Made by a program: the position numbers and the translations under genes. DNA of 63,541 nt, counting the filler, from Octopus bimaculoides (lineage: Eukaryota): assembly GCF_001194135.2 (NCBI RefSeq). It is 6 parts of 6 records of this genome, joined end to end, with 100 filler letters (N's around TTAATTAATTAA, not from the genome) between each part and the next. Parts side by side here need not be neighbours in the genome. Positions count along the whole stretch, not along the records: positions 44,831 to 56,820 come from NC_068984.1; positions 56,921 to 63,541 come from NC_068999.1; 4 more parts are not named here. The stretch is one strand, 5' to 3'. Every line of letters starts with the position of its first letter. The stretch's first letter is position 1. Below are positions 50,437-63,323 of the stretch, piece by piece. The notes under the pieces were generated by a model. It had not been told where the DNA came from. It was given only the letters and a program-made list of their open reading frames with translations, and did no database searches.

Positions 50437-50545
50437 GCCACTACTACTACTATGACAACGTTCACCACTGCCTCCGTCACCACTAGTAACACTTCACCTA
50501 CAAAAAACAAGTACTACACTACCACCACTACTACTGCAGCTACTG

Positions 50546-50585
<40 letters not shown>

Positions 50586-50825
50586 CATTACTAGTAATAG
50601 TAGTAGTAGTAGTAGTAGTAGTAGTAGCACCTGTTCCCCCATACCCCATATCAAGGACATCTCCATTTCTCTGCTGTTTTCATCACTCACCACCCTCTCC
50701 AATACCCCAAACTTCTTTCGGCACTATCACTACCTCGCAAATCCGCCACCATCAGCACCACCACCAATACCACCACCACCACCACCACCACCACCACAAA
50801 CAACAACAACAACAACAAACACTTC
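49900..50825. repeat. Compound trinucleotide arrays (CAC)n-(CTT)n-(CTA)n-(GTA)n-(CAC)n
   Basis: Seen directly; source of the poly-F/L/T/R ORFs. Confidence 0.95.
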
Positions 50826-51188
50826 ATCTACATCACCACCAGCAACACATAAACAAGCTATCACATTTATAAACACTACTAGGAAGTCTTCTCGTGCGCG
50901 GTAAACCGATCTATCAGAAATGCTGACTAAATATCCTCAGAGTATATCGCATCGTCTAAAACATAGGTTCTCAAAGCGGGCGCCACCACCCCCCGGTGGG
51001 AGTTGAGACGGTCCAGGTGGGTGCTGGTGCCTAAGTGGTGGTGAGGGGTGGTAGATTAAAGGGGGCGTTGGGAGGAAGGCTGTAAATTGGGGGACGCTAT
51101 GAATTTTTATAATATTATTATAGTATTGCATACAAATTATATTAAATGTCAAATGATTCATAGTATATATAAATTAATAATAAAATAA

Positions 51189-51442
51189 ATGCGCCCTTTT
51201 TAAAGCCTAGCCAGGCTCATGGGCCCGGTTTCCCGGTTTCAATGGCGTATGTGTTCCCTCCACCAGCTGGACGGGAGGCCAGTCCATCGCAGCGTTAGTC
51301 ATTTTTGCCAGCTGAGTGGACTGGAGCAATATAAAATCAAGTGTTTTGTTTAAGAACACAACGCGTCGCTCGGTCCAGGAATCGAAACCACAATTTTACG
51401 ATCATGATGCTGACATCCTAACCACTAAGCCACGCGACACCA
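51189..51442 (-). mobile_element. SINE family C (CORE-like), full length
   Basis: Head tggcttagtggttagg...gtttcgattcc, core ttgctccagtccactcagctggc, tail gatggactggcctcccgtccag. Confidence 0.85.
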
Positions 51443-51477
51443 CATACATAAATTAGTAAAATATAAAATATTTATAG

Positions 51478-52037
51478 GCGTAGGAGTGGCTGTGTGGGAA
51501 GTAGCTTGCTTACCAACCACATGGTTCCGGGTTCAGTCCCACTGCGTGGCACCTTGGGCAAGTGTCTTCTACTATAGCCTCGGGCCGACCAAAGCCTTGT
51601 GAGTGGATTCGGTAGACGGAAACTGAAAGAAGCCCGTCGTATATATATGTATGTATGTGTGTGTGTGTTTGTGTGTCTGTGTTTCTCCCCCCCCCCNNNN
51701 NNNNNNNNNNNNNNNNNNNNNNNNNNNNNNNNNNNNNNNNNNNNNNNNNNNNNNNNNNNNNNNNNNNNNNNNNNNNNNNNNNNNNNNNNNNNNNNNNNNN
51801 NNNNNNNNNNNNNNNNNNNNNNNNNNNNNNNNNNNNNNNNNNNNNNNNNNNNNNNNNNNNNNNNNNNNNNNNNNNNNNNNNNNNNNNNNNNNNNNNNNNN
51901 NNNNNNNNNNNNNNNNNNNNNNNNNNNNNNNNNNNNNNNNNNNNNNNNNNNNNNNNNNNNNNNNNNNNNNNNNNNNNNAGGTGGTGCTCCAGCATGGCCG
52001 CAGTCAAATGACTGAAACAAGTAAAAGAGTAAAAGAG
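51478..52037 (+). mobile_element. SINE family A spanning a gap
   Basis: ggcgtaggagtggctgtgtgg head through to the gtaaaagagtaaaagag tail. Confidence 0.9.
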
Positions 52038-52736
52038 TATATAAAATATAGGGGTGGGGGCGCTGAGGGTATTATGTGGCCATGGGGGTGGGGTGGTGGC
52101 CCCAGAAGTTTGAGAACCTCTGGTCTAAAAAAAAAAAATGGCCGTCTTAACAACATTGTTTCTCTAATTATTTTATTATATTTTAAGCTGTGGTGGAGAA
52201 AATGTTTCGTGGGGCCGCAATAGGAACGTTGGATCCCTGGCCGAATCATTTTGGAGGAAGAGAGAGAGAGAGAGGGCGAGAGGGGGAGAGTGAGAGAGAA
52301 GAGACAGCTAGACAGAGGATGAATGTGTGTGTGTGTGTGTGTGTGTGAGCGAAAGAGAGAGTTTGTGTGTGTATGTGTGTGTGCGATCAAGAAAGCAGAG
52401 GGAGTGAGTCGGCAGGTGGAGGAGTAAGAAGATGAAAGCGAAGAAAAAGAAGAAAAAGGAGAAGAGGAGGTGTTGGAGGGGGAGAAAGGATGAGGAGTTG
52501 AAAAAAAAAACGCTCAAGTATGTAAGGGAGAAGTTAGTCGTACTGCCGTAGGATTCGAACTTGGAAAGCCAGAGACAGCACAAATGCTACAATGCACTGT
52601 ATATACCTTTATATAACGTTTATAAATTGACGGGATGGTCACAGTTGGAAAACCTTCGATCGCAAATCTGCTCCGTCAAAGGTAACTTAGGCGTGGAAAA
52701 ATGAAAATGACAACAATCTTACTTCCCAATTACGCT

Positions 52737-53165
52737 GTTCCGGGTTCAGTCCCACTGCGTGGCACCTTGGGCAAGTGTCTTCTACTATACCTTCGGACTG
52801 ACCAAAGCCTTGTGAGTGGATTTGGTAGACGGAAACTGAAAGAAGCTCGTCGTATATATGTGTGTCTCTGTGTGTGTCTGTGTCTGTGTGTGTGTGAGAG
52901 AGAGAGAGAGAGTGAGAGAGAGAGAGAGTGAGAGAGAGAGAGAGAGAGACTATCGCTAGACAGCCGGTGTTGGTGTTGTTACATCCTCTTTAGTTAGCGG
53001 TTCAGCCGCATGGATCGATAGCATATGTACCAGTCTTAACAAAAAATAAATAAATATATAAGTACTATGGTTAATATTATTTGTCTAAAAGTACTTCAAG
53101 TCGGTGCCCCAGTATGGGCGCAGTCTAATGACCGAAGCAAGACAAGTAAAAAGGTAAAAAAGATG
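52737..53165 (+). mobile_element. SINE family A, head-clipped
   Basis: gttccgggttcagtcccactgcgtggcaccttgggcaag..., (GA)n linker, tail gtaaaaaggtaaaaa. Confidence 0.85.
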
Positions 53166-53529
53166 AAAGAATAAAACTGTTGCCACATCAGGAACGCAAC
53201 AAACCTTTCACCATAAAACTTCAAGCATCACCGCTGCTTTGCCGTGACAACAACACTATCGTCAGTACACTGAACTATTGTGATATCTTTAATTAGTACA
53301 CGTTGCATCTACCCGCTGCCTACGTCAATAAACATCGTCTATGACAAACTCTGCAACCGAACCGCTTACGCACGCACACACAAACACACACACACGAACA
53401 TACGGAGGCGCGTACACGCGTACACATACGCAGATGCTACCGGCATCATCTTCGCCGACAAATCATGTCTGACAACCAAAAACTGAACGACAGTCCACAC
53501 CTTCTTTACAATAATAAATATAACAAAAG

Positions 53530-53745
53530 CAGCGAGCTGGCAGAGACGTTAGCACGCCGGGCGAAATGCTTAGCGGTATTTCGTCTGGCTTTACGTTCTG
53601 AGTTCGAAATCCGCCGAGGTCAACTTTGCTTTTCGTCTTTTCGGAGTTGATAAATTAAGTACCAGTCCCGTACAGGGGTCGATCTAATCGACTGGCCACC
53701 CACTCTCCAAACATTTCGGGGCTTATGCCTAGAGCAGAAAAGAAT
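53530..53745 (+). mobile_element. SINE family B
   Basis: gcgagctggcagagacgttagcacgccgggcg...gagttcgaaatcc...gcctagagcagaaaagaataata. Confidence 0.88.
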
Positions 53746-54933
53746 AATAACTACAACAAACTCACGCGGGTGGCGATTCTACGCAGTCGCTTGACTGTCT
53801 AAAGCAAGCAGCCAAACTCCGTCATGATGAATAAATAAATAAATAAATACGCACCAGGNNNNNNNNNNNNNNNNNNNNNNNNNNNNNNNNNNNNNNNNNN
53901 NNNNNNNNNNNNNNNNNNNNNNNNNNNNNNNNNNNNNNNNNNNNNNNNNNNNNNNNNNNNNNNNNNNNNNNNNNNNNNNNNNNNNNNNNNNNNNNNNNNN
54001 NNNNNNNNNNNNNNNNNNNNNNNNNNNNNNNNNNNNNNNNNNNNNNNNNNNNNNNNNNNNNNNNNNNNNNNNNNNNNNNNNNNNNNNNNNNNNNNNNNNN
54101 NNNNNNNNNNNNNNNNNNNNNNNNNNNNNNNNNNNNNNNNNNNNNNNNNNNNNNNNNNNNNNNNNNNNNNNNNNNNNNNNNNNNNNNNNNNNNNNNNNNN
54201 NNNNNNNNNNNNNNNNNNNNNNNNNNNNNNNNNNNNNNNNNNNNNNNNNNNNNNNNNNNNNNNNNNNNNNNNNNNNNNNNNNNNNNNNNNNNNNNNNNNN
54301 NNNNNNNNNNNNNNNNNNNNNNNNNNNNNNNNNNNNNNNNNNNNNNNNNNNNNNNNNNNNNNNNNNNNNNNNNNNNNNNNNNNNNNNNNNNNNNNNNNNN
54401 NNNNNNNNNNNNNNNNNNNNNNNNNNNNNNNNNNNNNNNNNNNNNNNNNNNNNNNNNNNNNTTGTTCGATTAACCGTTCAAGGCAGTACCCCAGCATGGC
54501 CGCAATCCACTGAGTGAAATAAATTAAAAAGATTAAAACAGATAAGTAAACTGATTCCCACTGACGAATTAAAATAAACTACGTTGGATAACGAGTTCCA
54601 CCTGGGGTTCTTGTGCATAGAGAAGGTGGAGGTGGTCTTAGAAGGAGGGCTTTCGATCATAAGTTTGTTCAACCAGTTTTGGCCTGGAATTATAACAACA
54701 GTTACAAGTACTTGGGTAACCATTTTACAACCAGTACAACATGCAAGAAATATGCTAAAAGCTTACCCTATACCCTCTTAGACTATACTGCACAGCAGCG
54801 GGAGCTTCTATGTGGTCGCTCAGGGTGCTAGAAATCGTAGCTAATTTTCCATCAACACATGCATCGCATAATATAAAGGAAAAGACACTCACTGGTGCGA
54901 TTCTACGTAACTGGAAAAATTGTTTAAATATTG

Positions 54934-55830
54934 ATAATAATAATAATGATTTCCAATTTTGGCACGGGGTCAGCGATTTGGTTGAGGGGGTAAGTCGATT
55001 ACATCCGCCCCAGATCTCAAACGATACATATCTTAACGACCCCGAAAGAATGAAAGGAAAGTTCACTTCGGCGGAATTTGAACTCAGAGCGTAAGGATGG
55101 ACGAAATGCCGCTTAGCATTTTTAAGGTGCCAGCTCGCCATTTTAATAATGGTTTCTTTTCTACTCGAGGCACAAGGCCTTAAATTTTTGGGGAGGGGGC
55201 CAGTCGATTAGATCGACCCCAGTATGCAACTGATACTTAATTTATCGACCTGGAAAGGATGAAAGGCAAAGTCGACCTCGGCGGAATTTGAACTCAGAAC
55301 GTTGAGACAGGCGAAATGCTTAGCAGACGAAATGCCGCTAAGTATTTTGCCCGGCGTCCTAACGTTTCTGCCAGCTCGCCGGCTTTTTTTACTAAGGCTT
55401 TCTCTTATAGGCACAAGGCCCGAAGATTGCAGGTGGGTGTCTGCTCGATTACATTGATCCTATGGTTCAACTGGTACTTATTTTATCGACCCCGAAATGG
55501 TGAATGGCAAAGTCAACTTCGGTGGAATTCGATCTCAGAACATGAAGACGAGCGAAATACCAGTAAGCATTTTGTCCGACATAGTGTAACCATTCTGCCA
55601 GCTTTAGTAATAAATATGATCTTCCTTTCTGCTATAGGTACAAGGCCTGAAATATTAGAGGAGGGGTCAAGTCAAGTACATCGACCCCAGTATGCAACTG
55701 GTACTTAATTTATCAACCCCCGAAAGGATGAAATGCAAAGTCGACCTCGACGGAATTTGAACTCAGAACGTAAAATCGGAAGAAATGCCACTAAACATTT
55801 TATCCGACAAGATAAGGATTCTACCAGCTG
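54934..55830 (-). mobile_element. Four head-to-tail SINE family B copies
   Basis: Units at about 54934-55139, 55145-55380, 55395-55603 and 55610-55830, each ggcac/tacaagg ... atcgacc ... tgaactcag ... ccagct. Confidence 0.88.
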
Positions 55831-56920
55831 AGGCGAGATGGTGACTGTTGGGAATGCATCGAATTCATATGGATCGTGGGATTTGAACTGACCCAAGTGT
55901 AAACAAAAACAACATTAATACTGCACCCAAACATCCATCACCATCACCATCACCATCAACATCACCATCACCATCAATAATAAAAACGACAGCAGAATGA
56001 ATGAACCAATATCCTAGGAATGACAGTAGTAAATCGATTGAGGGAGAAAAATATCATTTTAAAACAAACATGCTTTATATCACTACTTAGAACGTGGGTG
56101 AGTAGAGTGGAAATAAAAAAAAGTATTATCATTATTATTATTACTATTATTACTACTACTACCACTAGTACTACTACATAGGAGGAGTGAATCCAACTGG
56201 TAATATAGTAAGCATAAGTAAAACCCCGCATCTGTGAAAGTTTCGACCGTACTGTTGACTGGCTGGCTGGTTGGCTGGCTTGCTGGTTGCTTGCGAGTTG
56301 GTTGGCTGGCTGGTTGGTTGGCTGGAAGCCGAGCGATTGGTTTCGTTTACTTCTATAACTCTGTTTTAACTATACACCAATACTTGGTGCTACTCCTATC
56401 GTACGGATCAAACTTGGATTGAAACACGAATAATTACAATACACACGTGTTTTCACTGTTATTAATCTTTCTCGCTCTCTCTTTCTCAATCTTTCTTTCT
56501 TTCCTTTGTTATTTTGTTTCTTTGTTGACACAATATACAACAACACAAGAAGTTATATTTATTAATTTACCGCTGATGTTTACAATCAACGCAAAGAATT
56601 TTATACGCTTGCACGATGCAAATTGATTTTAAAAAACAAACAAACAAACGTATTTTCGGGTAAGTAAAACGCACCCGATATTTCACTGTTTTCATTTATA
56701 ATTAATATTATTTTTTCTTGATAATGTTATTTATGAAATTCTGTGTTTTTATTGTTTTTCAGTTTTTATGATCAAAGATCACGAACTCGCGCTATATATA
56801 TTAATATATATAAATGTATANNNNNNNNNNNNNNNNNNNNNNNNNNNNNNNNNNNNNNNNNNNNTTAATTAATTAANNNNNNNNNNNNNNNNNNNNNNNN
56901 NNNNNNNNNNNNNNNNNNNN

Positions 56921-57916
56921 AGTGTAGCTGCTAGAATAAGAATAGCCTGGGCAAAGTTTAGAGAGCTCTTACCCCTGCTGGCGACAAAGGGACTCTCACT
57001 CAGAGTAAAAGGCAGACTGTATGACACATGTGTACGAACAGCCATGCTACATGGCAGTGAAACATGGGCTGTGACTGCTGAGGACATGCGTAAGCTCACA
57101 AGGAATGAAGCCAGTATGCTCCGATGGATGAGCAATGTCAGTGTGCATACCCGACAAAGTGTAAGTATCTTGAGAGAAAAGCTGAACATAAGAAGCATCA
57201 GTTGTGGTGTGCAAGAGAGATGATTACGCTGGTACGGACATGTGGCGAGAATGGACGAGGCTAACTGCGTGAAAAAGTGCCAAACCCTAACAGTTGAGGG
57301 TACCCGTGGAAGAGGTAGGCCCAGGAAGACCTGGACTGAGGTGGTGAGGCAAGACCTTCGAACATTAGGCCTCACCAAGGCGATGACTTCTGATCGAAAC
57401 CTTTCGAAATATGCTGTGCGTGAGAAGACCCGGCAAGCCAAGTGAGATCTAAATCCAAGGCCTCTGCCAGGGGTGTAGCCAGCCCACTTATGCGTACCTT
57501 TCCTTCAATGGACACTAAACTCCGCTTGCAAAGACTTTTTGAGGCAAGTGAAATTGAAATTGAACTAAATTCGACGACTGGCACCCATGCCAACGTCGTC
57601 TCCTTCATTGGACATGAAACTCAGCTTGCGAAGACTTATTGGGGCAAGCGAAAGCGAAATCGGGATGGCACCTGTGCCCAGTGTCGCCTTTCTGGCACTT
57701 GTGCCCATGACATGTGTAAAGATTTTCGAGCGAGATCGTTGCTAGTGCCCCTGGACTGGCTCTTGTGCGGTTGGCACATAAAATACACCATTTTGAGCGT
57801 GGCTGTTGCCAGTGCCACCTGACTGGCCTCCATGCAGGTGGCACGTAAAAGCATCCACTATACTCTCAGAGTGGTTGGCGTTAGGAAGGGCATCCAGCTG
57901 TAGAAACTCTGCCAAA
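56921..57916 (+). mobile_element. RTE LINE C-terminus, modular 3' UTR and start of tail
   Basis: RIRIAWAKFRELLPLL, LHGSETW, RGRGRPRKTW, stop at 57443-57445, then UTR modules and gagtggttggcgttaggaagggcatccagc. Confidence 0.95.
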
Positions 57917-58224
57917 TCAGATTGGAAAAAAAACCACAGGGCTAAAAGCAAAACACAGAAGAAAGTGTGTAAAAGCTATAAGGTTAAAACGCATCTATAT
58001 GCGCATATTTTCGCATGCACGCACATAATGTTCCATGTGCGCATCTATAGACGCATAGGAAAAAAGCGGGTGGAGGGGAGAATACAGAAAAAATATATGT
58101 GGAAAATATACAAAACATTATCTCTACAAATATGTAAAAAAAATATAAAAAATATGTAAGAAAACTAAGTAAAAAGTATTGAGAGATAAAACGCTTATAC
58201 ATAGATACAATATAGAAAGCATGT

Positions 58225-58690
58225 TCTATCAGTAAACTCAGGGGGACCGAAAACGTAGCAAATATTTAGCCACAAGTGAACATGATCCGAAAAGTTCAGG
58301 TCTTGAATTTAGAAATGTGGCGGAGGTCTAAGCTGCCTTTCCAGATGAGCCATCTTTCCATATCACATAGACCGCACCTTCCGCTGCCGCTGGTGTAAAG
58401 TTAACACTTGGCTAAGAATCTTCCAATCGATGTTATAACTGATACCTTTATCTTTTAGGGACCATATATGACTGATAATTTGGTCGTTTTCCTTTTGTCC
58501 CATTGCCTGAAGCTCAAGGTGTGATTATTGAATCTGGCCTTGAAATAACCCTCCGTAAGGCCCACATATTTCTTCGTCGAAACTGTGTCCTTAGTGGATA
58601 TAGAGTCCATGGTGGCCTCATAAATGATGGTTTCATAAATGATGTCATCAGCCACATCAGTGATTTTGATTTGTTTACACTTGCCTCAAT
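58225..58690 (-). mobile_element. Penelope-like GIY-YIG endonuclease 3' fragment, second subfamily
   Basis: IIYEAT...KKYVGLTEGYFKARFNNHTLSFR, LKDKGISYNIDWKIL, RCGLC, LNSRPELFGSC. Confidence 0.85.
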
Positions 58691-61600
58691 AGGTCTTTGG
58701 AAGCAAAGTTCATTGTCCAATGAATGAGGGGTACTCATATGTGGGCCAGTTACACCCCACGTTCAGATATGCTTTTAATGTTCCACTGGCACAAGTGCCA
58801 ATCAGGTGGTACTGTCGTCAGCCACGTCAGCAATTTTGATTTTGATTTCACTTGCCTCAATAGGTCTTCACAAGCAAGGTTTATTGTCCAACGAATGAGG
58901 GGTATTCATAAATGGGCTGGTTACACCCACTTGCATAGGCCATGGGCTATGGTCTCACTTAGCTTGTCGGGTCTTCTCAAGCACAGCATATCTCCAAAGG
59001 TCCCGGTCAGTAGTCATTGCCTTGGTAAGGCCCAATGTTCGAAGGTCGTGCTTCACCACATCATCCCAGGTTTTCCTGGTTCTACCTCTTCCACAGGTTC
59101 CCTCAACTGCTAGAGTGTGACGCTTTTTTGCACAACTGTCCTCATTCATTTGCAACACATGACCATACCAGCGCAATCATCTCTCTTGCACACCATATTT
59201 GAGGCTTCTTAAATCCAACTCTTCTCTCAGGGCGCTTATACTCTGTTGTGTATGCACACTGACATTACACATCCAGCGGAGGATAGTGGCTTCATTCCTT
59301 GCAAGCTTTTGCATGTCCTTAGCAGTCACGGCCCATGTTTCACTGCCATGTAGCATGGCTGTTCACACACATGCGTCATACAGTCTACCTTTTACTCTGA
59401 GCAAGAGGCCCTTTGTCACCAGCAGATGTAGGATCTCTCTGAACTTTCTCAGGCTATTCTTATTCTCGCAGCTACACTTTCAGAACATCCACCCCTGCTA
59501 CCGACTTGCTCCTGTAGGTAATGGAAGCTATCAACTACTTCTAGTTTTTCTCCCTGGAATGTGGCAAAAGCTGTTCTCTGCACATTTTCAGTGTTTATTG
59601 CACCTGAGCATTTGCCACATACAAAAACTATCTTGCTAGTTAGCCTCCCTTTGACATTGCTACACCTCTTATATGTCCATAGCTTACTGGGTACATCTTA
59701 TGGTGTTTCTACCTATGCCTTTTCTACAGATTGAGCAGGGCCATCTACCTGAAGGGATTTGTGGTTTGTCTGCCTTCCTACTTATTAAGACTTTGGCTTT
59801 AGCTAGGTTTACTGTAAGGCCCTTCGATTCTAATCCTTGCTTCCACACTTGAAACTTCTCCTCTAGTTCTGATAGTAACTCAGCTATTAGAGCAAGGTCA
59901 TCAGAATAGAGGAGCTCCGAGGGGCATCCTGTCTTGAATTCCTGTGTTATTGCCTGGAGGACTATGATGAATAAAAGGGCTGAGAACTGATCCTTGGTGG
60001 ACCCCTACCCCTACTCGGAATTCTTTACTGTACTACTTGCCAACCCTCGCCTTACTGACAGCGTCCCTTTACATGGCTTGCACTGCTCTCACTAACCATT
60101 CATCTATCCCTAGTTTCCTCATTGACCACCAGATAAGGGAACGGGGGACCCTGTCAAAGGCTTTCTCCATGTCAACGAAAGCCAGGTACAGAGGTTTATC
60201 TTTTGCTAGGTATTTCTCTTGCAGCTCTCATACCAGAAATATAGCATCAGTGTTGCTTTTCCCTGGCATGAACCCAAACTGCATCTCATCTAAACTGACT
60301 CTCTCCCTAATTAGTTGGGCTATGACCCTCTCCGTGACCTTCATTACCTCGTCCAACAACTTGATACCTCTGTAATTATTTGTATCTAAAGCGTCACCTT
60401 TACCTTTGTAACAGTTGACTATGGTGCTGCTACACCAGTCATTGGGTATGACTCCTTCATGTATCACCTGGTTAACTATACGGGTGACTAGGCTATAGCC
60501 GACACTGCCAGATATTTTGAGCATCTCTGCAGTGATTCCTGATGGGCCGGGGGCTTTCCTTGTCTTCATACCCTTAATTGCTTTATCTACCAAAATACTG
60601 TCAATTTGGATAGATGGTACCTCTGTTGGATTGACATTCGGCAGACTTTCTTTCTCTCGTTTATTCTTTTTATTGAGCAACCTTTCATAGTGACATCTCT
60701 AGACCTCTCTCTTTGCAGCCTCGTTTAATGCAAGTGAACTATCATCCATGCAGACACATTTCTCTCCTACAACATCACGATTCTTTCTCACAAACTTGCA
60801 ACACGAAATCCCTCAAGTCTTTGGTCCTCACGGTGCAGAACATTGGCAAATTTTTGTTATCTGCTTCCCCTCTGGCTAAATAAACCTGTCACCTAGCTTC
60901 CCTTCTGGCAGTCTGATACAATTCCCTGCCACCACTGTTCTTCCAGTCCTTCCTGTTGCTTTTGTCTAATACCCCTGTCAACCACATTGTTCCACCACCA
61001 CGTTATTTTGGGTCGAGAGGGGACTTTGCACCATCCACAGATTTGGTCAGTGGCCCTCAGCAGGTTATCCCATAGAAGCCTCCAGTTGTCTTCTACATCA
61101 CGTGATGCTATATCAGCTTCTATTTTGTCAAAGGCTTCGAGTAATACGTCTCTAAATCTCTGTGGGGTACATTCTTCGCCTGGGAAGGTTTTGGCATTTA
61201 TAAGCAGCCATCTTTCCTTTTTTCTGAAGAGGATGTAGTCAATTTAGCTTGTGTGTGTGCCAGAACAGTAGGTGACTTGGTGACTGGCAGGTTTCTTGAA
61301 TTTAGTATTGCAAACCATAAGATCATTTGCATTTGCATTGCAGAACTTCAGCAGCCTGGTTCCCTCCTCATTGCAGGAACCAAAACCGTAGCCACCATGT
61401 ACGCCATGGAAGCCCCCTGTATGTTATCCAACATGTCCATTGAAGTCACCAGCCACAAAGAGAATGTCCCTGTCATTCGTCAACGAGGTAGTCTGTCTAC
61501 ACGAGGGTGTCATAAAATTGGTCTTTCTGTCCATCAGGCTGCTAAACCCATCATGTAGCACTAATATAATCTTAAGTATTCTATCGCATACTCTGACTGC

Positions 61601-61900
61601 CTCGATTACCTTATCAGCCCATTTCTCCACAAGAAGTATACCCACGCCCCCAACCCCGTCAGTGTTCTCTGACCAGAAAATGTACCTGTGTTCTTTGCCT
61701 GTGAGGAACCTAGCGGAACCTCCTCTCCACCTTATTTCTTGGAGGCCACACACATCTACACGTCTCCATTGAAGCATCTCAACATTCTCACCAGACCTAC
61801 CTTTCAGTGTGCTGATGTTGAGTGTGCCAACCCTGAGAGTAAGGGAGGTGTGGGCCCATGAGACCCTGGGATGGGGGACGGCAGTGTCATGTACTTGAAA
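58691..61900 (-). mobile_element. Near full-length RTE LINE (APE plus RT plus 3' UTR), disrupted
   Basis: LRVGTLNISTLKGRSGE..DVCGLQEIRW, AGDFNGHVG, KAPGPSGIT, FVDMEKAFDRV, RGRTRKTW; frameshifts and stops. Confidence 0.95.
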
Positions 61901-62102
61901 AGAAAACTGTATTTGGCAGAATTCATAAACAAACAATAGCCTTCAACCTGCATACACTACACCATCATTTTTATGCCCTATATGATCACTGCCTTACATA
62001 GGAGATAAAACCTAAGTAGGGATGGAGATGGCGTTAAGCCTTTAGAAGTGTTCCTGGGAGACAACCAAAGGATGACACAGGATAGGGATATATATATATA
62101 TA

Positions 62103-62339
62103 GGCAAGACCTTCGTACATTGAGCCTCACCGAGGCGATGACTACTGACCGAGACCTTTGGAAATGTGCTGTGCGTGAGAAGACCCAGCAAGCCAAGTAA
62201 GATCGTTGCCAGTGCCCCTGGACTGGCTCTTGTGCGGGTGGCACATAAGATGCACCATTTTGAGCGTGGTCGTTGCCAGTACTGCCTGACTGGCTTCCGT
62301 AGGATTTTCGAGCGAGATCGTTGCCAGTGCCCCTGGACT
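62103..62339 (+). mobile_element. RTE LINE ORF end plus repeated 3' UTR module running into a gap
   Basis: gcaagaccttcgtacattg...gcaagccaagtaa; gatcgttgccagtgcccctggact occurs twice about 115 bp apart. Confidence 0.85.
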
Positions 62340-62900
62340 NNNNNNNNNNNNNNNNNNNNNNNNNNNNNNNNNNNNNNNNNNNNNNNNNNNNNNNNNNNNN
62401 NNNNNNNNNNNNNNNNNNNNNNNNNNNNNNNNNNNNNNNNNNNNNNNNNNNNNNNNNNNNNNNNNNNNNNNNNNNNNNNNNNNNNNNNNNNNNNNNNNNN
62501 NNNNNNNNNNNNNNNNNNNNNNNNNNNNNNNNNNNNNNNNNNNNNNNNNNNNNNNNNNNNNNNNNNNNNNNNNNNNNNNNNNNNNNNNNNNNNNNNNNNN
62601 NNNNNNNNNNNNNNNNNNNNNNNNNNNNNNNNNNNNNNNNNNNNNNNNNNNNNNNNNNNNNNNNNNNNNNNNNNNNNNNNNNNNNNNNNNNNNNNNNNNN
62701 NNNNNNNNNNNNNNNNNNNNNNNNNNNNNNNNNNNNNNNNNNNNNNNNNNNNNNNNNNNNNNNNNNNNNNNNNNNNNNNNNNNNNNNNNNNNNNNNNNNN
62801 NNNNNNNNNNNNNNNNNNNNNNNNNNNNNNNNNNNNNNNNNNNNNNNNNNNNNNNNNNNNNNNNNNNNNNNNNNNNNNNNNNNNNNNNNNNNNNNNNNNN

Positions 62901-62922
62901 TATATATATATATGTATGTATG

Positions 62923-62955
<33 letters not shown>

Positions 62956-63203
62956 ATATATATATGTATGTATGTATATATATATATATGTATGTATGTA
63001 TATATATATCTGTATGTATATACATGTATATATATGTGTGTATATATATGCATATATATATATGTATATATATGTATGTGTATATGTATATGTATGTATA
63101 TATATATATGTATGCATATATGTGTGTGTATATACGTACGCATAATATGTGTGTATATGTATGTATGTGCGTATATATGTATGTATATATATATGTATGT
63201 ACA

Positions 63204-63246
<43 letters not shown>

Positions 63247-63259
63247 ATATATATATATG
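62901..63259. repeat. (TA)n/(TATG)n compound microsatellite
   Basis: Seen directly. Confidence 0.95.
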
Positions 63260-63275
63260 TTACAGTCTGTCAGAC

Positions 63276-63323
63276 GAAGGCCTTGATGAATACCACTAGG
63301 TATGAAAATACGTATTCGCCTTT
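63276..63323 (+). ncRNA. Minimal type I hammerhead ribozyme-like motif with a variant core
   Basis: Stem I GAAGGC/GCCTTT; core CTTGATGA; stem II ATACC-ACTA-GGTAT; GAA; palindromic stem III AATACGTATT; cleavage triplet UUC (C at 63317). Confidence 0.65.

Larger units (their letters stand above)
50962..52122. mobile_element. hAT (Charlie-type) MITE carrying two nested SINEs
   Basis: Terminal repeats CATAGGTTCTCAAA and TTTGAGAACCTCTG; exact 8-bp TSD GTCTAAAA (50954-50961 and 52123-52130). Confidence 0.88.

Noticed and set aside
49956-50510. Arg-rich protamine-like or poly-Phe membrane ORFs
   Set aside because: Direct translation of (CTT)n and (CTA)n arrays.
51478-51550. tRNA genes at SINE heads
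   Set aside because: A and B boxes are present, but there is no cloverleaf and each head continues into a SINE body.
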